Below are positions 1 to 10,194 of a stretch of 64,000 nt of DNA, one piece after another. The stretch is from positions 1 through 64,000 of the IMG/VR virus record IMGVR_UViG_3300022187_000017; one strand, given 5' to 3'. Made by a program: the position numbers and the translations under genes. The notes under the pieces were generated by a model, which had not been told where the DNA came from, made no database searches, and worked only from the letters and a program-made list of their open reading frames with translations. Numbering within the stretch: the stretch's first letter is position 1; every line of letters begins with the position of its first letter. Source of the DNA: a virus.

Positions 1-664
1 GAGCATCCGATCCATAAGAATACACATTTAGAATATCACTATTAACCTTCTGGAAGGCCTGAGTGATATAATCCAATGTTCCTCTAGCTGCTAAATTTAC
101 CCCTTCCATAATTCTAATCCTGAAGGTATCATCTCCTTCTAGATCTCTCCCTCCAAGTGCAGTAAATTCATTTGTCACATAACTGTGGCCAGTTGGTACT
201 GGAGCTACTTTTGTTATTGTATTGGCTGGTACTTTGGTTTTTAATCCTGTAGATTGTGATCTTACTAGTGCATATGAATACCCTGCAGATCCTATAGTCA
301 CATCAGTAACTAGCTCAAATGTTACTCCATTACCTGTGAAGAAATGGACACCTGCTTGATATGTTACTCCCTCACTTGCTACTAACCTAACATAGGTACT
401 TGATGCAGATGATACGAACCTATCTGCTATTCCTCTTCTAGTTGCTATCTCATCTAAGTGAGATCCAAATGCAAACTCTGGGAATAAGTGACTCTCTACA
501 AGAGCAATGTCTTTAATGGCCTTCTGGCCTATCTTAGCACATCCATAAGCTACACCATTTAGAATAGATTCATCTGTGGCCTTAGTAACCTTACTTGTAC
601 TGTTAAAAAGGATTTCATACCAAATCCTTTTCAGTTCTTCTAATGATGTAAATCTTGTAATCAT
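1..664 (-). CDS. Baseplate J-like (wedge) protein, truncated at window edge
   Basis: Not in ORF track; hand translation from ATG at 664 gives MITRFTSLEELKRIWYEILFN...AFGSHLDEIATRRGIADRF...ALGGRDLEGDDTFRIRI, the typical baseplate-J 'G..LD..A..RG..R' and 'GG.D.E.D...R.RI' motifs; follows the gp25-like gene. Confidence 0.85.
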   Translation of the reverse strand, partial: MITRFTSLEELKRIWYEILFNSTSKVTKATDESILNGVAYGCAKIGQKAIKDIALVESHLFPEFAFGSHLDEIATRRGIADRFVSSASSTYVRLVASEGVTYQAGVHFFTGNGVTFELVTDVTIGSAGYSYALVRSQSTGLKTKVPANTITKVAPVPTGHSYVTNEFTALGGRDLEGDDTFRIRIMEGVNLAARGTLDYITQAFQKVNSDILNVYSYGSDA

Positions 665-665
665 C

Positions 666-1604
666 CTATAGTGTTATTGTTTGAAGTACTGGCTCATCTA
701 GTACTGTTTTTAATTCTAATGTTATCGATAAAGAGTCCATTGTATTCTTGATATCTGATACTCTCATCACTCTATATGAATCATCTCTTGCAAATGTATT
801 CCTGTACTGCCTTATCAGTATAGGGTATGCAATTGATGCTCTGTTGGATCCTGCTACTAATGAACTCTGGACACCATCCTCATCAAATTCTGGTGTCTTA
901 CCTCTTGTAAGAGTTGCTAGTACTAATGTGTTCTGCTCAAGTGTCTGATAGTATGTCAATACCTCAAAATCATTCTCACCTGATGCAAATGTTAATTTTC
1001 TATTTAGATCTATACCATAAACCTTCTCACCTATTATATCCTCATCTACAACTGAGTTTATAGAAATACCTGTAGCTCCAAACCCTGTAGTGGATACTGA
1101 GGCTCCTCCTTCTGGAGTGTAATCCTCTTCTGTCAGATCATTCTCCATGGAGAGTCTAAACCAAGAATTCTCCTTATCACTGGATCCTATCTCCTTAGAT
1201 AGGGATTCTAATGTCTGGTAGAACCTCAATGATGTATTAGATCTAATCCCTACTCCATTTCTACCCTTAGACACTGAAGATCTTAACCATTTTCTGGCAT
1301 TCTTAGCTGTCTGTAATGTTATCTTAATATTAGTAATGCTCTCCAGTAACTCCCAATAAGCAGCTGTGGTGCTCAATCTACCTTTATTTAGATCTATGAC
1401 ATCATCAACCCTATTAGATTCCTCTAGCAGCTCCTCAAGTATGTCAAATGGCTCATTATCTATCTTAGATATCTTCCCTGTATAGAATAGATAGATAGAT
1501 TTATACTTAGTACTTATGAAATCAACATATTTCTCTAAGTACTCAGTCAAAGGATACTTGGTATCATCCTCAAATCTTTCTATTATGCCTGAAGGTAATG
1601 CCAT
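666..1604 (-). CDS. Baseplate wedge protein, C-terminal gp25/sheath-initiator-like region
   Basis: Immediately upstream of baseplate J; C-terminal YGIDL...LTRGKTPE...RDDSY..V.DI pattern resembles gp25-like proteins. Confidence 0.55.
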   Translation of the reverse strand: MALPSGIIERFEDDTKYPLTEYLEKYVDFISTKYKSIYLFYTGKISKIDNEPFDILEELLEESNRVDDVIDLNKGRLSTTAAYWELLESITNIKITLQTAKNARKWLRSSVSKGRNGVGIRSNTSLRFYQTLESLSKEIGSSDKENSWFRLSMENDLTEEDYTPEGGASVSTTGFGATGISINSVVDEDIIGEKVYGIDLNRKLTFASGENDFEVLTYYQTLEQNTLVLATLTRGKTPEFDEDGVQSSLVAGSNRASIAYPILIRQYRNTFARDDSYRVMRVSDIKNTMDSLSITLELKTVLDEPVLQTITL

Positions 1605-2342
1605 TTAAAAAGGTAATTTAGGTAAATTAATTGATTTACTAATATTGTTAGCTAGGGCATTAGCTCCTTTCTGGAGCAACCCAAATCCTGTACTTTTTAT
1701 TACACTCAATGGATCAAATCCATTTATTCTACCACTTGATAGAGGAGCTAATGCTGTCAATGAAAGATTGTACTTCCACATCATATTGGAAGTCTGCTCA
1801 TCCTGACTGATCTTAAAACTCTCCTTCTTCACTAAGAAGTTATGTCCTGACATTGGCATATATAGGAATAGCTGGTATGGCTTATCATATATATCCAGAG
1901 TTGATGACTTCAATAGGATTTTCTCCAACACCTTCAACGCACCATACCCTGTCTTTAATTTCGTATTTATGATGCTAGACTGGATCTCCAATCCTTTAAT
2001 ACCCCTCACACCTAAAACACTAGCTTTATCCAATGGAGGTGCTAATAATAATTTAAAGGATCTTCCAAAGGTACCATTTAATGTTATATTTTTAGGTACA
2101 AATGTAGAAGAATCTAATGCTGTAACTCCTCCCATTGTCTTTTTTATGTTAACAAGAGTCCTATCATCATAGTTTACTGCAGAAGGATTCACAGGAAATG
2201 TAAGGAAGTCCTCTGTATCACCTTTGGAATTAACTAGTTCTAAGGTAATAGCATAATATTCTATCTCATCAGGAAAAATTGCATTTGCTGCAGCTCTACC
2301 AACCTCATGAACTGTATCTAATATTGCACCTTCTAAACTCAT
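1605..2342 (-). CDS. Baseplate/tail-tube initiator-like structural protein
   Basis: FPVNPSAVNY...KKTMGG...ITLNGTFG pattern of tube-fold baseplate proteins; synteny. Confidence 0.5.
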   Translation of the reverse strand: MSLEGAILDTVHEVGRAAANAIFPDEIEYYAITLELVNSKGDTEDFLTFPVNPSAVNYDDRTLVNIKKTMGGVTALDSSTFVPKNITLNGTFGRSFKLLLAPPLDKASVLGVRGIKGLEIQSSIINTKLKTGYGALKVLEKILLKSSTLDIYDKPYQLFLYMPMSGHNFLVKKESFKISQDEQTSNMMWKYNLSLTALAPLSSGRINGFDPLSVIKSTGFGLLQKGANALANNISKSINLPKLPF

Positions 2343-2351
2343 CTGATTGTC

Positions 2352-2792
2352 TTAACTTAACCTTCTGTATCCTAACACTCTGTATTCTGGGTAGGCTCTT
2401 ATGTTGACCATGTTTGACTGATTGCCACCTAATGCATAGATATTATCTCCTTCCTTATTAATGAATAAGGCTACATGGCCTTTCCATGAGTTTACTGACT
2501 CTCTCCAGAACACTACTACATCACCCACTTTTGGATTTGAGGTAGGCTGTCCTACTTTCATCCAAGATCTTGCATCTAACTTTCCTGAATACTCTACTCC
2601 AGCCTTCTTAGCAATGTAGTTCACAAATGCTGAACACCATGCAGTGTCATCACTGTAATCATACCCAAGTTCTTTGAAGAATGCCTCTACTTCTGGATTG
2701 CTTTGGCCTGCACCAGTCCACTCCTTTAATCCATAGAACCCGAATGCTATCTCTAGCATATTTAACCTTTCTTGCTGTGTTACCATAATCAT
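2352..2792 (-). CDS. TIGR02594-family NlpC/P60 (CHAP-like) peptidoglycan hydrolase
   Basis: DDTAWCSAFVN (catalytic Cys), ARSW, GDVVVFWR, GHVALF (His), LGGNQSN motifs. Confidence 0.9.
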   Translation of the reverse strand: MIMVTQQERLNMLEIAFGFYGLKEWTGAGQSNPEVEAFFKELGYDYSDDTAWCSAFVNYIAKKAGVEYSGKLDARSWMKVGQPTSNPKVGDVVVFWRESVNSWKGHVALFINKEGDNIYALGGNQSNMVNIRAYPEYRVLGYRRLS

Positions 2793-2818
2793 AAATATAA
2801 TGAATTCATATCAATTTA

Positions 2819-3238
2819 TTACCCTACTACTCCATTTATCTGAGCTATCTGTGATGTGACTGTAGCTTCTAATGCTGTCTGATCTGATAGTAATGTTACT
2901 TTCTCTGCTGCAATTACTGAAGGGATAGGTGTTATTACTGGAGCTCCATTTGCTGCTAATGCTACTAAGTCCTCACATTTATCATCAGTTTCTATTACTC
3001 CTGCTGTCTCAATATCATCTGCATGAGCATCCTCTTCAGTCTGGATCTCAGTTGAATAATCTGATACAGTAGACTTGTATGCATCTGTAACTGCATCTGA
3101 TTCCACTTGAGTTAGTATCTCATCATCAACTAATGTCTGCATATTATCAAAAAAAGTTTGCATATCAGCTAATTGATCAACTAGAGGCTGTAACTTTCTT
3201 GATTTACTTGATGCTGTGGTTCTTCCTGCTGATGCCAT
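2819..3238 (-). CDS. Hypothetical protein (acidic, baseplate region)
   Basis: 139 aa ORF in operon orientation; no recognisable motif. Confidence 0.6.
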   Translation of the reverse strand: MASAGRTTASSKSRKLQPLVDQLADMQTFFDNMQTLVDDEILTQVESDAVTDAYKSTVSDYSTEIQTEEDAHADDIETAGVIETDDKCEDLVALAANGAPVITPIPSVIAAEKVTLLSDQTALEATVTSQIAQINGVVG

Positions 3239-3240
3239 TG

Positions 3241-4140
3241 TTAATTAATTAATGTTGAAAATCTCCTGATCAAATCAGTTGCTGTTAAAATACTATCTGG
3301 ACTTAATGGCTTTTGATCAATTGTCTTTGTCTGAATGTACATTTTCAATAAATCTATGATCAACTGCCTTAGATCCTCACTACTATTCTTTATATGGAAT
3401 CCTGCTTCATTGATAGTAAAATCATTCCCTGCTGCATCTGCCCAGACAAATCCTCCATCCTTGATAGTCATTTCATTCTCATACCTATCTACATATGTTA
3501 AGATCCCAGCCTTAGTTAATGCTAAGGTAGATATCTCATCTTCTTTTGATGCTATCTTGATGTTAAGTTCATTCTCAGCAAATATATTTAGAATGTCATC
3601 AGATTTGATATCTGCAGATCCATCTAAATTGAAACTGATAGATGTTGTTTTATCCCCACCTTGGACTTTCACACCAAACCCACCTTTGTCCTGCTCATCA
3701 GATATTATAGATACTGTATAGCTCTTATCCTTAATTGACATTACTCTGGAGACTCTAGTATCATCACTATCTAATTCATCAACTAATGAACCTTCTCTAT
3801 ATGGAGAGCTACCAGCTGGCTCCTGAAGAATCCCAAATATGATAACCTGATCATACTTTGGAGTTGACACCCAACTAATAAGGGATCCTCTATCTTCTGC
3901 CCTAACTGGGAATATTAACTCTCTAATTATATGCTTTGGAATAGCCACTTCTCTTAGTGGATAATTAGCATCTGTGAGTATCATGCAATATCCTGTCTCA
4001 TACACCTTCCTAATATACTCACTCCTATCAATATCCACTGGTATGATGATCCATCCAGTTCCAGATGAAGGCCTACCTTCAGGAGATAGGTTTAATATCT
4101 TCCCAGTTTCTTTGTATTTATGTATAGCCTTTTTAAGCAT
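3241..4140 (-). CDS. Putative baseplate central spike (gp5/gpV-like)
   Basis: Follows hub gene; N-terminal OB-fold-like 'FPV....RGSLI.W' and C-terminal short beta-strand repeats. Confidence 0.55.
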   Translation of the reverse strand: MLKKAIHKYKETGKILNLSPEGRPSSGTGWIIIPVDIDRSEYIRKVYETGYCMILTDANYPLREVAIPKHIIRELIFPVRAEDRGSLISWVSTPKYDQVIIFGILQEPAGSSPYREGSLVDELDSDDTRVSRVMSIKDKSYTVSIISDEQDKGGFGVKVQGGDKTTSISFNLDGSADIKSDDILNIFAENELNIKIASKEDEISTLALTKAGILTYVDRYENEMTIKDGGFVWADAAGNDFTINEAGFHIKNSSEDLRQLIIDLLKMYIQTKTIDQKPLSPDSILTATDLIRRFSTLIN

Positions 4141-7100
4141 CGAATTGTTTATTTTGTAAAAAGAAGTTTAATACATCTTGATTCACAGTGATATCTGCCT
4201 TATAGTCAAATTTATCATCTGCACTTCCTTGACCTACTATATCATACACTCCTTTAGTCAATTTAGGGATATCTACAATATTGAAGTAAGATACATCAAC
4301 TTGAGTTGAATTCCCATCTTCACCTATAATATCTGTTATCCTGCCACCAATATATTTAGCCTTCATTCCTCTCTCAACCTGCACTGTTGTAGTTCTATCT
4401 ATTGTCTCCATACCAATGCTGATATCCTGACTTACCTGAGTCACATAAAACACCTCATCTGTAGGTCTGAAATAGATGTAATTACCCACTTTAATTCTTC
4501 TATCTCCATTCATTGTGATAGTTCCCTCTCTAGTGAATGGTAGGTGTATATTTGTCTCAACTAAGAAGGCCAGCTCCTGAGATGCCTGCTCTGCAAATAG
4601 ATCTATGTTATCTTCAGTATTTTTATCACTGAAGAATTTATAATTTGAGTAGTTGGATACTGCTGACAATCTTCTGTTACCTATCACCTGTGCCAGTCCA
4701 TCAAAATACAATGCTGGAACATGGCCTAATGTCTGATTGGCTCCTGCAAAATTACCTCTTTGCTCTACTTGATACCATGCATACCCCTTTGATGACATCC
4801 TGAGTGTATCTGAGATCACATCATCTTCATTGATATTGATGATCTTTGGATACTTAGAAGATGTCACTGTCACCTCATCCAATTCATTCACTGCACCTCC
4901 ACCAAATACTGTAGGTTTTTCTGAATTACTTTCACCTGATTCTTGTGCTCTCTTCTGCTCTTTCTCTCTCAACTTTTCTCTATACCTATTTAGAGTTTCT
5001 CCTTCTGCTCCACCTGAATTGGAAGATTGCTCTCCTATGAATGGCTGAAAATCTTCATCTACATCACTAGGTAGTTCTTTATATGCTTCAAATACTGCCT
5101 CCTGTGTGAATGGAGGTTTTCTTGCTATCATCCAGAATCTATCTCCATATGTATCTGTGAAGAATTCTACAAATGGATCTTGACATACCTTCAGTATGAG
5201 ATCAAATATAGATCCATCTGGATTTGATATTGAATCATCTACCACTCTTAGATCTGTAATGGATGAATCGATAAATGCACTCATGATCTGCCAGATGCCT
5301 TTTACTTCTGATTTTATAGTCTCCCTACCCTCTTCTCCCCACTTTGATCGATATGTTATAGTAGTCTTATCCTCAAATGCATTAAATACATCATCAGGAA
5401 CATATCCAATGGTAGCTATCCTACTAAATATAAATTCTAAACTATCCTTTATTGATCTGGCTGTTATGGCTGATATCTCTTGGAATTGACCTCCCATATA
5501 CCTCCCATTTTTAAATGGCTGATCTCCATAAATTGAAGATGCATGTCCTATTGAAAATGGATTGAAGTAAGCATTATCATCCTCCAATACTGACATGAGG
5601 CTTTTACCTCTCACTGCCACTGAGATCTCATTTGTGGATCCTGTAGAGCTCACAGCTACATGATCAACTAATCCTATCATATCATACCACTTACCATCTA
5701 TGTCATCATCAATAGCTCCATCTATTTTAAGTTTTTCATATGAGATAAATACAAGATCATTCTTACCTATAATCCTCTGGTAGTAAGGAATGTTTCTTTT
5801 GAATTCTGAGGCTACATCTCCCTGCTCTGAGAATGCAATTTCCTTATTGACATTTGACATCAATACATCATCATCTCCAGAGGTTACAATTAACTTCTCT
5901 ACAGATGCAGATTTATTATCAACCTCATCCTTTGCTAACTCATACCCAACTCCACTTAGATCAATGCTAAAATCACCTCCAGTCTTTATATGATTTGAGA
6001 TGCTACATAGTCCAATATCCTTAGTGATATCTATAAACCCTATTGAATCCTCTGATCTCTCTAAGTACTTAGCTCTACTCCACAGAAATACTCTTACCTG
6101 TGGCCTGATATCTTTTGCTGTGACTCCTCTGTTCTTGTATGCTGGCACAAAACCCGGATCGACTGTCAACTCCCTCAATATTTGAGGAAAGTATTCATTT
6201 ACATTAACCTTAGTAGATGTAAGATTGCTCTCATATTTATCTCTAATGTTTATTTTAGAAACTTCTATAATAATAACAACTCCTTCACTTAATGGGTATG
6301 CTACCCCACTAGCATAACTGTCATCATCACCATTATTAGATCTCTTCTCCTCAATAGTCAGAGCCTCATATGCCCTCTTATTATTACTCTTACCTTTATA
6401 CTCAAAATCTTTCAAGTCATCAGATGTCATGTCATAGGCTATAAACGTAGCATCTAGAACTAAATCTGAGAATGTTTGATGTCCACTATTTTTAGGAAGT
6501 GTATATTTTATGACTTTAACACCACTATCTTCAATCCCTTCTTGATGCCTTTTAGTTGCATCATTAGCTACCTCCTCCTCATCATCTTCAATTGGATCTT
6601 CACACTCTGGCATTTCACCCTTAGTCCATAATGCATATCTGTAAGATCCAAAAGTCTGAGCTCTACTCTCACCATCACCATCACCTCTGGTATCAATATG
6701 AATAAACCATTTAGCTCCCTTGCCATATAAACCAAATCCTCCAGCTCCTGCATCTAATAATGTTGTAAGTAATGTATCTTGATTCCTAATTGCACATGCT
6801 ATTACCTTCCATGCCTCTTTTGGTTGAGGCCCTATGAATGCAAAGTCCATGGCTATCCCTTTCACATGAACACCTGATGCTCCTGTATGAGAGATCTCTA
6901 AGTTGTATGCTGGAGTTCTCTTTGTGGATGTAACCACTAGAGTATTACCTGCACCTATTTCATCATCTACATAATCCTGTATGATCTGAGCTATCTTAGG
7001 TAATCTAGCATCTATAGAGTGAGTATCTGGAACTTTATTGGCAGAGTTAGCCTTCTTCCCATGAAAATTCTCTTCATGGAATCTGGTAGGAGATATTAAA

Positions 7101-7141
7101 TCCCTTACATCCTTAGTTACTTCTATCCAAGTTCTTGCCAT
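4133..7141 (-). CDS. Baseplate hub / tail-associated lysin with N-terminal peptidase M15 (Zn) domain
   Basis: N-terminal VTSTKRTPAYN...SGVHVKGIAMDF...GFGLY...FIHIDTR; C-terminal PFVEFFTD, RKPPF, GTITMNGDRRIKVG...FYVTQVSQ...TTVQVERG hub motifs; follows tape measure. Confidence 0.8.
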   Translation of the reverse strand: MARTWIEVTKDVRDLISPTRFHEENFHGKKANSANKVPDTHSIDARLPKIAQIIQDYVDDEIGAGNTLVVTSTKRTPAYNLEISHTGASGVHVKGIAMDFAFIGPQPKEAWKVIACAIRNQDTLLTTLLDAGAGGFGLYGKGAKWFIHIDTRGDGDGESRAQTFGSYRYALWTKGEMPECEDPIEDDEEEVANDATKRHQEGIEDSGVKVIKYTLPKNSGHQTFSDLVLDATFIAYDMTSDDLKDFEYKGKSNNKRAYEALTIEEKRSNNGDDDSYASGVAYPLSEGVVIIIEVSKINIRDKYESNLTSTKVNVNEYFPQILRELTVDPGFVPAYKNRGVTAKDIRPQVRVFLWSRAKYLERSEDSIGFIDITKDIGLCSISNHIKTGGDFSIDLSGVGYELAKDEVDNKSASVEKLIVTSGDDDVLMSNVNKEIAFSEQGDVASEFKRNIPYYQRIIGKNDLVFISYEKLKIDGAIDDDIDGKWYDMIGLVDHVAVSSTGSTNEISVAVRGKSLMSVLEDDNAYFNPFSIGHASSIYGDQPFKNGRYMGGQFQEISAITARSIKDSLEFIFSRIATIGYVPDDVFNAFEDKTTITYRSKWGEEGRETIKSEVKGIWQIMSAFIDSSITDLRVVDDSISNPDGSIFDLILKVCQDPFVEFFTDTYGDRFWMIARKPPFTQEAVFEAYKELPSDVDEDFQPFIGEQSSNSGGAEGETLNRYREKLREKEQKRAQESGESNSEKPTVFGGGAVNELDEVTVTSSKYPKIININEDDVISDTLRMSSKGYAWYQVEQRGNFAGANQTLGHVPALYFDGLAQVIGNRRLSAVSNYSNYKFFSDKNTEDNIDLFAEQASQELAFLVETNIHLPFTREGTITMNGDRRIKVGNYIYFRPTDEVFYVTQVSQDISIGMETIDRTTTVQVERGMKAKYIGGRITDIIGEDGNSTQVDVSYFNIVDIPKLTKGVYDIVGQGSADDKFDYKADITVNQDVLNFFLQNKQFDA

Positions 7142-7148
7142 TATTATT

Positions 7149-8867
7149 TTAGTATGATGTCATAAGTGCCTTCAATATAGGCCCTAGAGCAGTATTCATT
7201 CCAGAAGTCCCAGCTGAAATATTAAAAATAGCCTCTTTAATACTATCCCAGTCACTCTCCATATTCTTCATCATAGCATCTTTATCTGAAGTGGCTCCTT
7301 TAGCCTTCTCCATCAATTTAATGTCCTTAGTTTCAGCTTCCACCCCTAAGCTGCCAAGACTCACATTACCTTTAAGCATTTTAATGATATCTGATTTATT
7401 CATAGATCCTCCTGTCATCTGATCCATAAGAATAGCCTTAGAATTCAAATCACCACCTGTCCCCTTCACATAATCCATCATTCCAGCTCCAAATCCTTCA
7501 GCTCCAAGTCCCTTCTCCATCTCAGCCTGTAGCTCAAAATAAGACATATTTGGGTTCAACTTCCTAAGAATATCCATTTTTATTGCTTGTACTTCTGGGC
7601 CTCCCTGATTTGCAAGACCTCCACTTAAAGATTGTATAGTTGATGCAGCATAGTCATCTCTTTTAAATGCACCACCTAAACCTTCTAATTGACTTCTTAC
7701 ATTCAACCACTCATTACCACCTCCTGTAAACCCAGTCCTAGTGAATTGCTGCTCTTGAAATTGAGCATATGATTGAGCTAACTCATTCATACGAGTCATA
7801 TCAGTGTTTTTATCGCCAAAGGCTCCTGTACCAAACATTGTAGAGAAGATCCTTTGAGTAGTTTGAGCAGCAGTATCATCTTTATCCAAAACTCTTGTAA
7901 GCCTCTCTAAGGTGTTTACTGTTCCCTGCTCCATACCAAGACCTCTTCTTAGAGATAGTCCCTGTATTGTTCTATTATTATCCTCAGTGACTCCTCTGGA
8001 GCCTCCATAAGCTCTAGTTCCTGATGTTAGTTGTTGGAAGTATTCCTCTTTACCAAATCCAAGGGATTGAGCTGAAGATCCATCTCCATTATACATCCAC
8101 TTATTATATAAACCTGATCCCCTACCAGCTCCTGTATATGTAGATAGGAAGTTATTATTCTGACCTGATATAGCTGAGTAGTCTGTTAATCCAACCTCTC
8201 TATCTCTACCAGCATCCCACCCACCTTTAAGAAGTTTGAGATAAGATCCTATTGCCACTCCTGCTATTCCTAATGCAGCTAACCCTCCTACACCACCTCT
8301 CATTATTCCCATGGCACTTGGGCCACCACCACCACCTTTACCTTTACCTTGGATCTCTCTTAGTTTAAGTTCATGAAGTGCTGACTTTTGGCCTGCTCCA
8401 CCACCTGTCACTATTTGCTTTAACTGCTCAGTAGTTTGCTGAGACATATCAACATTTGAATCTACAATAGACTCATCACCATCTTTAATGGCTGCTAAAA
8501 TATCTCTGAGTACAAGGATCCCTTCTTTATCAGATCTGGTATCCTTAGCTAGTTCTTGAAATTTCTTACCGAATTCTTTATCTACATCCTTCTTACCTTC
8601 TACTGTAGTAACCTTAGATCTGGCTACATCTCTCTGCTCATACAGCTCATTCTTTCTTTTTTCAGCATCCATCCTATTCATTCTCTGAAGAAGATTGATC
8701 TGCTTCTCATAAGCAGCTATAACCTTAGTAGCTGATTGCTCAGTTTTCATGGCACCAGCAATAGACTCTCTAGTTACCTCTTCTGCCTGCTGCTGTACTC
8801 TACTTAGCTTCTGAGAAACTTCATCTGTTCTTGCTGAAAATACTACTTCCCTACGTGTGCTGCTCAT
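7149..8867 (-). CDS. Tape measure protein
   Basis: Helical Gly/Ala/Gln-rich protein with central hydrophobic segment, between chaperones and hub. Confidence 0.7.
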   Translation of the reverse strand: MSSTRREVVFSARTDEVSQKLSRVQQQAEEVTRESIAGAMKTEQSATKVIAAYEKQINLLQRMNRMDAEKRKNELYEQRDVARSKVTTVEGKKDVDKEFGKKFQELAKDTRSDKEGILVLRDILAAIKDGDESIVDSNVDMSQQTTEQLKQIVTGGGAGQKSALHELKLREIQGKGKGGGGGPSAMGIMRGGVGGLAALGIAGVAIGSYLKLLKGGWDAGRDREVGLTDYSAISGQNNNFLSTYTGAGRGSGLYNKWMYNGDGSSAQSLGFGKEEYFQQLTSGTRAYGGSRGVTEDNNRTIQGLSLRRGLGMEQGTVNTLERLTRVLDKDDTAAQTTQRIFSTMFGTGAFGDKNTDMTRMNELAQSYAQFQEQQFTRTGFTGGGNEWLNVRSQLEGLGGAFKRDDYAASTIQSLSGGLANQGGPEVQAIKMDILRKLNPNMSYFELQAEMEKGLGAEGFGAGMMDYVKGTGGDLNSKAILMDQMTGGSMNKSDIIKMLKGNVSLGSLGVEAETKDIKLMEKAKGATSDKDAMMKNMESDWDSIKEAIFNISAGTSGMNTALGPILKALMTSY

Positions 8868-8871
8868 AGTT

Positions 8872-9276
8872 TTATATTGTTATACTACCATCATCATTCT
8901 TCTTGATATTAGTAATATCTATTTGATCAAATGCCTTATCAATATCATCTTGAGATACCTTACTCACACTTCTCTTAGTCTTGAAGTACTTCCCTCTACC
9001 TGCTTCATAAGAAATAGTTGGATCCTTCTTCTTATGCAATTCACCTTCAATTGCATGTCTTATAGCTAAATCCTGACCTAACTCTATCATCATATCAACT
9101 GGATTTAAAGATCTATGTAATTCAGAATTAAATGGGATATTATGTTTTTCTCTGTATACTTTATCCAGTGGAAATGTATAACTCCATAAAATAACAAATT
9201 CAGAGATGGAAATGTCACCTAACACTCCGTCTCTGAATAATTGCTTCTTACCTTTCCTTTCTTTAAGACTTATCAT
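8872..9276 (-). CDS. Putative tail assembly chaperone (second)
   Basis: Position between first chaperone and tape measure; overlaps upstream gene by 14 nt. Confidence 0.45.
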   Translation of the reverse strand: MISLKERKGKKQLFRDGVLGDISISEFVILWSYTFPLDKVYREKHNIPFNSELHRSLNPVDMMIELGQDLAIRHAIEGELHKKKDPTISYEAGRGKYFKTKRSVSKVSQDDIDKAFDQIDITNIKKNDDGSITI

Positions 9277-9658
9277 CCTTCTTCTCTATCAAAGAATCAG
9301 TGATGGAACTCCATACTTTAGTTAGGTCTTTTGAATACTTACTATACCATGGGTGAACTGTTTCATGATACCCCTTATATAAGTCAAGTATATCAAATGG
9401 ATCTAGCTTTGACCAATTATCCACCTTTAGATCTGTTATTACCTCTGGACATAAAGAGCTCAATACTGCTATCATATCCACTATGTCTAGTGACATGACT
9501 CCCACCTCATCTAAATTACGGACAATCTGCCCATAATTACCTCTGGTTATTTGTGCCTTCATAGTCTGTATGTCTAACAACTGACCTATATCAGGCTTAT
9601 TTATGGTATAGGTGTTTCCACCTGCCTCAAAAATACACTCTTTGCTCACTGTACTCAT
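9263..9658 (-). CDS. Tail assembly chaperone
   Basis: Directly after tail tube; 'YTINKPDIGQLLDI' N-terminal pattern and size typical of TACs. Confidence 0.6.
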   Translation of the reverse strand: MSTVSKECIFEAGGNTYTINKPDIGQLLDIQTMKAQITRGNYGQIVRNLDEVGVMSLDIVDMIAVLSSLCPEVITDLKVDNWSKLDPFDILDLYKGYHETVHPWYSKYSKDLTKVWSSITDSLIEKKDDKS

Positions 9659-9686
9659 AATTCTCTCTTTTTACGATTATTACTAT

Positions 9687-10175
9687 TTACCCTCCCACTC
9701 CTGAAATTAGGATTGGTGTCTTGTATGTGAAATCTTGATTCCTTCCAGCTACCTGCCCTTCAGAAAGATCGATTGACTCTCTCTCCATGAATGCACCTTT
9801 AACTGTCAAGTGCTCAACCCACTTCCCAACTCTAAGGCCATTAGGATCCACTGAATCCTCAATCCTTTTAAGAAGTACTATGTCCACACCTTTATTGTCT
9901 AAAACAATATTGTCTATGAATTCTCTGATGGAGTCTGTTCTTCTGTTGGTAGCACCCGGGATTCCTGATTCATCATAAGATATCTCATAAAATCCTGCTG
10001 TACAAGTTCCACTCCACTGAGTCATTGGTAGCTCTTGAGGTGTTGCCTCTCCAAGACCATAAACAGTCACCCTTCTAAAAGTCTCTGTAACTGTTATATT
10101 CTTCATCCTACCTACCACGTTTCCATTAACCTTGATTAATGCTATGGGTGCTGTTAATGATAATGATTCTGCCAT
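9687..10175 (-). CDS. Tail tube protein
   Basis: Follows sheath; IKVNGNVVGRMKNITVTETF...VYGLGEATPQE motif of SPO1/Twort-like tubes. Confidence 0.85.
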   Translation of the reverse strand: MAESLSLTAPIALIKVNGNVVGRMKNITVTETFRRVTVYGLGEATPQELPMTQWSGTCTAGFYEISYDESGIPGATNRRTDSIREFIDNIVLDNKGVDIVLLKRIEDSVDPNGLRVGKWVEHLTVKGAFMERESIDLSEGQVAGRNQDFTYKTPILISGVGG

Positions 10176-10194
10176 TTTTATATAATATTAATTT

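Noticed and set aside
9263-9290. Programmed frameshift joining the two tail chaperones
   Set aside because: The downstream ORF is in the +1 frame with TGA-TAG just upstream of its ATG, and no X XXY YYZ slippery site is present; not supported, though not excluded
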